This document shows positions 54,501-64,000 of a DNA stretch of 64,000 nt, piece after piece. Under the pieces are notes generated by a model, which saw only the letters and a program-made list of their open reading frames with translations, was not told the origin of the DNA and searched no databases. This DNA comes from Prasinococcaceae sp. CCMP 1430. Taxonomy: Eukaryota; Plantae; Prasinodermophyta. The DNA lies in assembly GCA_013416795.1 (NCBI GenBank), contig RQSC01000027.1, forward strand, positions 790,251 to 854,250, in the 5' to 3' direction. Every line of letters begins with the position of its first letter. Positions within the stretch are counted from its first letter, which is position 1. A program made the position numbers and the translations under genes.

Positions 54501-57500
54501 TCGAAGACTTCGTATGCGGGCGCGATCGAATCACCACAGGGCAGCGCCTCGCCCACGAAGCCGTGGTGCGCACTGCCGGCAGCCACGTTGCCGTGCACGG
54601 TCAAGCCCTCGCACGGCCTTGTTGGGCGCCAGCCGAGCACGTCCCAGGCGCACAGTGCAAAGTTCGCGAGCGCCTCAAACTTGGCCCAATCGAGCTGGTC
54701 ACTCTGCTGGTAGGCGCCGAGGGCGAGGTTGTGCCTCAGGGATACGTGATCACTCTGGAGCAGCTCGATGTTGGATCCACGCGAGTTGTACACGACGCAA
54801 TGGTCCACTGTCACGCGATCGGTGGACTGGACGCGCAAGGCAGAGTTATGCGAGTTCCACACGGCGACGCGTGTGAATGACGACGTCGTGTTGGACGAGT
54901 CAGCGTTCGCGACGAGGATCGCTGTGCGTCCACTCTTATGCTGCCCTCCGTGGCGCAGTTCTGCATCAGACATGCGCAGCGAACCCCGCAGCACGACCAT
55001 TCGCCCCTCCCCGCAGGCACCGACTTCGACAGCGTCAACGCTCACGCGCTGGTCGCCCACGTCCGTGCGGCAGGCCTGCACGCTCGTTACGAGCACGTGG
55101 GCTCCGAATTGGGCGAGAGCGTCGCCCGCCCCCGCCGGCGCGGGCGCGCCCTCGATGACCACGTTGTGCGACAGCAGCCCGACCTCAGCCCTGACGTCGA
55201 CCTCCCGGGCGCCGTAAAGCTCCGCAGTCTTCGCGCCGAAGTGCTGATGCGTGAGCGGCGAGGTCAAGCTCAGCTCTGCACTGCCCGCGGCATCAGCAAG
55301 GAGCTCGGCAACCTCCGCCTCGTCCTGTGAATGGCCGCTCGACGCCAACACAACGCGCGCGCCGGCTGGCCAGTCCACGCCCTCGGCGAGCGTGACAGCA
55401 TCAGCGCCGGCCGATGCAGTCGCACCCAGCCGCGTCCAGGAAGCTGTGCGCGGAAGGCCTTTGATGATGGCCTTGCCCACGACAACGAGCGCGCGGGATC
55501 CAGCGTCTATATACTCGCCGTCCGCATCCTCGCCCAGCTCGAGGTAGACACCGTCGGGCGTGCCCGTCAATCGGATGAGCGCTTGGCCGCAGTATGGCGC
55601 CGATGGATCGCCGATCGACAGCTCGCCGAACACAACCACTGACGCAGCCTCGAGGGCGATGGCCGCCGTGTTGTCGGAGCCCAGTGCGGCAACGCCCGTG
55701 CAGGCAGCCGCCCCCACGCCGGGGTCACACCAACGCAAGCTGCCGTATATGCGGACTAGACCAAGACTGGGCGTGGGCACGTCCAGCACAAGCTGCCACG
55801 CAGGGGGCACGTCGACGTCCTCACCCGCCCTCGGGAGCACACCGCCGGGCCACATGCTCGCGTTGCTCCAGAGGCGCTCGAAAGGCTCGCGCTCCACGGC
55901 AGGCGGCAGCTCGGGCGGTGGGCAGCCATCGCGCGGGCACTCCGCCCCCACCAGATGCAGGCGCTGGGACTCATACGCGCCCTCGCGCTCGGTGCCCGCG
56001 AAGCGAACCGTCAGCGTTTGCGTAGCCGCATCGTAGAACGACGCGCCGGTGGCGGCACCCGCTCCGGGCATCGCGGCCAGCGAGACGGCGGCCTCCTCGC
56101 CAGTCGAGAGGTCGTGCACCTCAAAGTGGTCGCGGTAGGTCGTATGGTTGAACACCAGGTCTAGATGCTCACCTTCGCGGAGGCCAGTCACCTCCACGTC
56201 GAGCTCTTCCCAGTCGCCCGCGCCGCGACCGAGCTGCACGCGCCACGTGCGGCCAGCAAGCACGGCGATCGCCCAACCGTGTGCGGGATCATGCCATTTG
56301 TGGTTCCTGTAGGTGACCGCGCTCCTTCCACCCTGCTCGGATGCGGACTGGACCTCGGACACGAGCAAGTCGTCGTTGTAGAAGACGCTGAACGGCTGCT
56401 GTCCGTACACGGCGACACGTACTGGGCGCTCTTTGGGAGCGCACAAGACGCTGACGCCGTCGGCCTGCTCGGCGCACGGGCCGACGAGGTGCGGCCAGCG
56501 GGCGGCCAGGTGTGCGCCCGCTGTGCCGGTCACGCTGCCGTCGACGTCGCGCAGCACGCCTTTGTGGGGGATGTTCCATCGCACGAGGTTGGCGAGGCTG
56601 GCGTCGTGGAGCGTGATTGCCTCCAGATGGCCGGTTTTGGCGTCGTTGTCCTTGGTGTTTGGGAAGTCGCAATGGTTGCACGTGGCGAACGCCGCCCCCT
56701 CGCGGTCGAAGCCGACAAGATCGGTCGACGCCAAAGTGAAGTTTTCACTTTGGGGCATCCACACGCCCACGGGGCCCGTCCCCCCGTTGGCCTCCGCCGC
56801 CGCGCTCCACTGACCAGAGGGCCCGAGCGCCTCGATTGCTGCGGGGGACATGCCGATCACGAGCGCGCCCTCGATGCGCGCCGAGCCCAAATTCGTGCGG
56901 CTCTCGAGGACTTCGAAGCCCGCCCGGCCGTTGTCGGCCACGCGGAAGTTCTCGAAGCGCAGATCGCCCGCCATCCCGACGCTCACGCCCGAGCGGGCGC
57001 ATTTGAATGCCGTGAAGTCCTCGAAGGTCGTTGGAAGGAGCTTTGAATGGGGCACCGAGCCCCACGAGCAACCGTTGGGGTCCTCCGTAGACACCACAGG
57101 CACATATCGATTGAAGATGCGAAGCCCGTAGCGCCCGTTCGAGTGGGCGACGTTGCCCCGGAAGGCTCCCAGCGGCAGGCCGGGAGGACACACGTCGGGC
57201 GTGGAGCTGGGTCCGGTGGGGTGGAATTGCAGGTCGAACCAGAAGCCGTATCGCGCGGAGCCTGCCGCGGCATTATTCACAAACGTGTTGGAGGGGTTGG
57301 TGATCCAGAAAGAAGCGGGGGTCGTGTCCGTGTCGAGCAGGCTGCTACTGGGCCGCGTGCTGACCGCGAGGTTGCCCTCGATACGGTTCTGGGACTCAAT
57401 GCCGTCCTCAATGAAGTACGTGTGACCCAGCGTCTCGAAGGCGACGTTGCCGCTCAGCTCGAGGTGCTTGACGCCGTGCACTGTGACCGCGCGGTTGAAT

Positions 57501-60500
57501 GTGTGGTGGATCGCGCAGTTGCGAATGTACGAGCGCGACACGCTTCCAATCATGTGGAAATGCAGCGGGTAACGGCCTGCAGGTGCGCGCGGCGCGCGTC
57601 AGGGCCCGGGACGGGGCGCGGCGGTGCGGGCGCACGCGCAGCCTCGCGAGGACGCACCGAGATTGAAAGCCTGCCCCACATTCGCGAGCTCGACGTTGGA
57701 GAAGCGGCCGACCGCGCTGTTGTCTCCATGGCTATGAAGCATGATGTGCGCGCCCCACTGCGTCTCCGCAGACCCCTCGTCACCACGAACTTTCACAGAG
57801 CGGCTCAGAATGCCCACCTCGGCGCGCATCTCGATCGTCTTGCCCCCGTGCGTGTAGGATACGCTCAGATGCGTGTGAGTCAGAGGCGAGGAGAGGATGA
57901 GCGTCCTGCCGCCGTGTGCGACCGCAGCAATCGTCACCTGCTCAGCGTGGTCCATCTCGAAGTCCGTTGAGGCGACCACGATGACGTCGCCGGCGCGCCA
58001 GCCTGACGTGGCGTCCAGCAGCAGCAGAGTGTTGCTGCCCGCGCGCGCCGTCTCCGCAAGGCAAGTCCACGCGGGCGACTTGGGCGCGCCGTGCATGTCC
58101 AGCACGCCGCGGCGCACGGCGATGTTTTTCGCGCCGTAGAGCGGCAGCTCCGGTGTCACCAGCGGCTCGCCGTGAAGCGTTATGACCGCATTGTGTTCAA
58201 AGGGACGCTCGAGAGTACCCACGCGCATCTCGCCCCCGCGCAAGAGCAAGTAGGACGCGTCCAGGGATACGTCGCTCTCGTCCGAGAAGATGAGCCGTCC
58301 CTCGACGACGACAAGAAAGAGCTGTGGCGTGTGAATGTCGAGCAAGATCGACTGGCCCGGTGGGATAACCACACTGTCGCCATCCAGGGGCACCGCCCTC
58401 GAGATGCCCCACGAGCGCTCGTCTGACCACCTGTCAATGTACAGAAACTCAGCCGCAGGGTCAATCACCGCGTCACCACGGCCATCCGAGGCAGACACAA
58501 CAATCGATGGCTCGACGAAGTCCGGCCGCGGCCCTGTGACGCACGTAATCGCTGTCGCCGAGGCAGACAGCACCGCGCATTCGATGCCGTCGATGCTGAC
58601 CGCGTACGTTGCCGCAGCGTCGAAATTGCCCGACAGCGTGAGCGTGTCGCCCCCCAGCGTGGAGCCGACCGAGGGCGCGACGGCGGTCACCGCCGCGCTG
58701 AGGGACGAGGAGTACGTATAGGCATCCTCCAGAAGCGCCGAAGCGCCCTCCTGCAGGGCGGGGATCCCGACGCCCTCCTGCGCGCCTGGCTCGGCGGTGA
58801 CGCGCACGCGCACGTCGCAGGGCTTGTCAGCAGGCCTTGTCGAACCCTGCACGCCATACAGTTCGATCTCGGCGAGGACGAGCGAGGTCCGCGCATCGTC
58901 GAAGCTGCGCACTTGGACGAATCGGGACGGCATGTCCGGAACGACGTCGACATCGAAGGTATTCCAGCCATCGCTAAAGATCCTCTCTGACGTGCTCAAG
59001 TCCAGCAGCGTCACCCAGGTCGAACCGTCCGCCGAGCCTTCGAGCAACGTCCGCTCAAGCTGGCGGTCGGGCTTCGCCCACCAGAGCTCGGGCACCGCAG
59101 CGAAGATACTCACGTGACTCAAGTACGCGGCGGCGTCCTGACCGAGGTCGAGGCCCACGTAGGGAAACGGGGTGCCTTGCCCGTCTGTGCCGGCGGCCCG
59201 GTCCCATCCGCTCCACGCGCCAAAGAAGGCGCTCGTAAGGTTTCCGTCGAAGGCATCGGCGGCCGAGGATCTCTCGCCCTCGCGCCACACGCCGTAGGAA
59301 GAGAAAGGCGCGCCGCCGCCGATGCGCCTGGCCTGCGCGCGTAGCTGCTCGGCGCTAGGGGCAACCTCGAGCGGTTGCATTGCGCCTGTCACACACTCAA
59401 TGCTGTCAGGGGCCACGGCGGTGGCGGCGCACGGCACACCACACATGTCCACCTGGATGCGCCTCGTCTCCGACCCGAAGCCCGCGCCTGCGATGCTCAT
59501 GACCGTTCCACCTCCCCGGCTCCCCGCGGATGGCGACACATCTCCTACGCTCGCATTGACCTCCAGTAGGGCAAAGCAGCCGAGCTCGCACACGGCAAAT
59601 CCTGTTGCTGTTTGGAGGGTGAGCTCGTGCGAGCCGGCCGGCACGGCAGACACGTCCACCAAGAGGTGTGTCTCATTCGCGGCGAGCAAGGTCAGCTGGG
59701 TGTCGCCGAAGCGAGCAGTAATGTTTGCTCCGCCGACGGGAAAGCCGCGTCCTCTGATCGTGACGCTGCCAGCGCCGGCAGCCCACCCTCTTGTGTACGC
59801 CGTCGCGTTGGTGCGGTATTCGATGCTCACCGTGCCGTTGGCCACCTGCCCGCCCGATTGCACCTCAAGCTCGTGCGACGCCTCCGCGCTCACCCCCGGT
59901 GCCGTGCACGTCAGCGCTGCCGGGCTGCGCACATCGACATCCGCGCACTCGGCGGTTCCGATGGTGACCGAGGTTGCGCCTCGAACGAAGCCAGCGCCGT
60001 AGACCTCGATGCGCGCACCGCCCAGCGAGAGCGTTGGCAACGTGGCGGAGCGCACGCGCGGCGGGACGTCGATCGTTGCGACTCCCTGCGCAATGCCGGC
60101 ACGTCCGGAGGGAGAATAGGCGTACACCTCGTGAATTCCTCCCCATAACGCCTCGGCAGTCATGGAGCACGTCACCTGGGGGCCGGATGCTCGGTCGATC
60201 TGGCACGGGACCATTGCCTCGAGCTCCACACGCGTCGGGGTTGGGCATGTGGCAGCCACGCCAGAGCAGCGCAGTGCGGCGGTGTCCTCGCTCACCGTGA
60301 CGATGATGTCCGAGGGCACTGACTCATTGAAAGTCACCTCGAGGGTGTGCAACCCGCCTTCAGCGGGGGAGTAGGAGGATGTGGCGTTGAGCATTGATAG
60401 GGTCTCGCTTTGCTTGTACGCAAAGCCGCAGTCGTCACCGGCTGTGGGCGGTACTGTGGACAGGTCGAGGCCCGCGCACGACGAGTGCGCGCCTCGCATG

Positions 60501-63500
60501 AAGACCACCACGGGCAGCTTCTGGTCTGGCGCCGCGCCGAGATACACCATAGCGGGTGACTTGGCAGCCTCCTCGTCTGGCGCTGTGCAGGTGACGCGCT
60601 CCGCCTCGGCCGTGAGCACCACACACGGTGCGCCTCCAACGGTGACGGTGACGGCTGACAACGATGCATCGCGAGCTTCGGCAGAGGGCGCGAGGCCTCT
60701 TCCACTGATTGTAAGGGTCTGCCCCCCCCCGCGCCCCCCGCTTGCGGGCGTGACGCCACTGACCTCAAAGGCGAAAGCAAATGCGACCTGGGAACCCACC
60801 GTCGCCAGGCCCACCCCGTCGACCCTGACGACAACGGGAGCGTCTTGTGCGACGTCGCCGCCGTTGAGCGCGCAGACCAGCCGAGCGGGCGACGCCTCGT
60901 AGACGACGCACTTCGATCCGCCGAGCTCTACGGCATTGTCTGCGACATTTGGGCTGAAGTTGCTGCCTGTGATGGTGACGATCGTCGCGCCCGCGGACGA
61001 GGCAACAGATGGAGCGATGGACTCGACCGACGGCGTGCTCGCGTCGTCGAGATACGTGAAGCTGTCGGGAAGGGTGAAAATCTCACCACCGATATGGAGC
61101 GTCACATCAGCCGTGCCCGCTCCGTTAGCCGACCCGGGCACCACCACGACAGCACTTCGCCCGTCTGTTTCGACGACAGTCGCAGCAACGCCTCCAACAA
61201 ACACGCCGATTGCGCTTGCATTCAGACCAAAACCTTGGCCGGCGATTGTGACAGCCAACCCACCTCGCGCGCCACCCTCGGAGGGCGTCACAGATGTGAC
61301 GCCGAGAGGCACCGCCAGGGTGGCGTCTACCCCATCAGCAGCCACGGCGGCGCCCAGCTCCGAGAGGATCACGTCAAAGCTGTGCAGGCCAGCGGGTGCG
61401 CTCGCGGGCACGACGCACGAAACTGAGCTTGGCGCGACGACTGACACGTTGGCGCAAGCGACGCCACCAACTGATGCAAGCACTTGGCCCCCATCCTCGA
61501 GCAGGGTCACCGTCGCATCCACCACTGCAATTGCGCCGGTGTTCTCGCTGGGTGCATGTGCTTTGAAGGCGGAGATGGACGGGGTGGCCTCCTGTTCGCC
61601 GCGATATGTGCAACCTCCGAAAGTGTCGAGAGAGGCGCACATGGCCAAGCTGCCGGCCGAGTGAATGCTCAACACCGGCTCGGTGACCGGCACTCGCAGC
61701 CAGTCGCTCGGCACCTGTGCGTAGAACATGCCACTTCCTGCCAACAACTGCACGGCGGACGCATTCGGCGGCCCACGAGCATCGCCGCCGACAAGTGTTG
61801 CATTCTCGACTTCAATAAGAGGTACCTCCTCGCGGTGGCCGCTGAGGACCACGCGCCAGCGTTGCGGCGAGCCGCCGTCGTTGCTGTAGGTGATCTTCTG
61901 CTCGTAAAAGACGTCGGCATGCGCGAGCGCAGCATCACCGCTCGCGCTCGCCAGCGCCTCGAGCGCCTCGACCATGGGCGCCCGAGCATCGCTCTCCGAT
62001 CCTCCCACGCGCAGCACGGTGGTCGCATTGCGCCATCGCAACTCGACCGTGCCACTCAGCGCATTCGTTGCCTGTGCGACGCGCTCCACCGTCTGTACGC
62101 ATGCGCCTCTGCAGCGCAGCCCCGCGGGCGCGAGGGTGAGGAGGTCTCGAGCCGCACCGAGCGGGGGAGGCTCCTCGAAGCGAACATCCCAACCTAGCGA
62201 GCCGTCCGATGTCGCCGACTGCGTGACCCGCACGCCCGCGGCGGCATTGGTAACGCCGGCCGCCGCGGCTTGAAGCGCCTCGGAGAGCTTGTCTCCGGGG
62301 TTCTCTGCGTGCGCCACCAGGGCAGTGGTTGCGAAGACTTCGCTGCCGTCGACCATTGTGAGACGCGCCGACAGGCGATAGGCGCCTCCTGTGGTGTTTC
62401 CCAGCAACACGCGCTGCGTCTCGAGCGAGTACGCAGCCTCAAATTCGATCGCCTGGACAGAGCGCGTGGCGAAGGCGTTGCCTTCGCCATTGTCGAGGCC
62501 ATCTGGCTCGAGCGGCGCGGGTGCGACGAGGCTTACGTCAAACCAGTCGCCACCACCTCCCTCCGAGCCATACACCTCGAGCAGGTACGGTACGCCCTCC
62601 TCCAGACGCACTGGCCGGGGCACGTCGCCCTTGCCGTCCTCGTACTGAAAGATGTTGGATGTCCAGCTCGAGATGAGGTAGAGCAGCTCGGGCTCGGTTG
62701 CGTTGCCTGGTCGCGTAAGCACCACGGCGCACCAGTCATCGCAGGCCGCGAGGAATGTGTGGTTGCCAGTCGCGCGTGGCACGAAGATGGAGCTAATGAC
62801 CTGCTCATAGGCCCCCCAGCGCGTATTGGCTTCGACCTCGAAGCCAGGTATGACCTCCTGAAAGGTTGGGGGCGAAGCACTCGGCCAAAGGGCCGTATCG
62901 AAACGACGCTCGTTCATGAGCAGGTTCCAGAAACTGCTGCTCGTTCCTCGCCGATAAACGGAACGCCGCGCGCCGCGGCCACCCTGCCCCCACAGTGAGG
63001 CAGCACCGCGGTACGCGTGCGCCTGCCACGCGGCACCGACATCCTCCGTGCTTGGCATGATGCACTCTGCGCTCGCGCCTGCGCCTCCCAGCGGCACGCA
63101 CGTGGACCGCGCCCCGCCCACATCCGCCTCGATCGGAGCGCGGAGCCCGCGTCCGACGACCCGCAGCCGATGTCCTCCCGCGAGCGACCCGTTGCTTCGT
63201 ACCAGCGCGTCCACCGCCGGCACGACCTGAACTTGGTGGGCACTCCCACCTTCGGCGCTGGCGGGCGCGTACGCCATCTCGCGAAAGCTGCCAGCATCCG
63301 GGTATGAGAAGGCCTCGTCGGCACGTGCGGCGCCTCCGCCCCGGTTCCCATTGCCTTCTAAGATTAATGAGGCGTTGTACAGGCCCGGGCGAATGTCTTC
63401 GCCGAGCAGGCAGCCCACGGCTTGCCACCGCGTGTGGAAGCTCAGATAGCGCCCCTGATGCCGCAACACGAAGGGTGCGTACGGCTCGTGGCCGCGGTGC

Positions 63501-64000
63501 TCCTCGCCGAGCGCGCGCTGCGCGTCCGCCAAGGCGTCCTCATCGGGCAGCGCGCAGGCGAATTCCCCCCCCAGCATAACTGAGCGCACACCCTCGGCGT
63601 TGCGCACATCGCCTTCGAGCACGACAGCCGTCCCAGCCGGGGCGACGCGTGGCCTCACGCGCCTGAGCGCGGGCGTCGCGTCCTCGCTATACGAGAAGGT
63701 TGTCGGAGCGGTGGCGCGCTTGCCTCGGCCCGCAGTGACCACAATAGGAAGCTCGCGGAGCAGCTCCTCCGACTCGCCGTGGAGCAGGGTCGCGGCCGGC
63801 GCCGGCGGGGTGTCCACGACGAGCAGCGTGTCGGTCGACAGGAACTCAACCACCGTAGCGCTCTGGCCGCCGACCGACACGAGCGCACCGCCGAAGGCAC
63901 CTCCCTCGGAAGAGAACCCGGCGCCACGGATCCAAAGGCGCGTGCCGCCCGCCAGAGAGCCTTGGATAGCCCCCTCACCCGAACCGGTTTCAGTCGCAGC
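51529..64000 (-). CDS. Fibrocystin-L (PKHD1L1)-like giant type I membrane protein, 5' end outside the window; exons >64000-57658, 57576-51938, 51786-51529
   Basis: Many IPT/TIG repeats (GS..GG..L.I.G.GF); PA14 (GNHTFLAACDD); F5/8C (DAFDGN...GLDLG); two G8 domains (RWSD..SW...P..GD.V.IPPG; LWSN..MWPGG.LP.AGEDV); beta-helix (AFNLG|RYPLHFH); VEDFY..FVSNLAFTLGI...RIRV; TM IAAIAGGAGGVAVLAVAIFLL followed by RR. Confidence 0.93.

Overview
Eukaryotic nuclear DNA, very GC-rich (about 70% by eye, not computed) and gene-dense, with about 24 genes. Introns are short GT-AG (GTGCGT/GTACGC donors, CTGAC branch points, mostly CAG acceptors) and TGTAA elements follow several stop codons. Together with NXD1, TRFL and a plastid-type PBP1A, this points to an early-diverging green alga (prasinophyte/Prasinoderma grade; inference). 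Genes in order: Cys-rich zinc-finger protein, YaaA, TRF-like Myb, PBP1A, ATM1-type ABC transporter, actin, a ~1860-aa kinesin-14, NXD1-like fusion, THOC3, IQANK1, NOL10, LRRCC1/VFL1-like coiled coil, ARM protein, NCKX exchanger, hypothetical protein, DUF72, METTL27-like methyltransferase, an orphan PGP-synthase exon, Wss1, sulfotransferase, PhyH-like Fe/2OG enzyme, STIM-like EF-SAM protein, Chibby-like protein, and a >4000-aa fibrocystin-L-like protein running off the right end. I saw no rRNA, tRNA, CRISPR array or transposase. Best candidates for undescribed biology: (1) a STIM-type EF-SAM sensor joined to FN3, a TM helix and a FYVE-like finger instead of an Orai-activating coil; (2) a fibrocystin-L-like surface protein whose cytoplasmic tail aligns with the dynein-stalk microtubule-binding domain; (3) a bacterial-type DUF72 with a terminal PIP-like box and NLS; (4) NXD1 read in frame into a Tat-signal lumenal protein; (5) two unrelated introns sharing a 22-nt 3' end; (6) an HxG halogenase-type Fe/2OG enzyme head-to-head with a sulfotransferase. 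All homology calls come from recalled motifs, not database searches, and all splice models are by-eye predictions.
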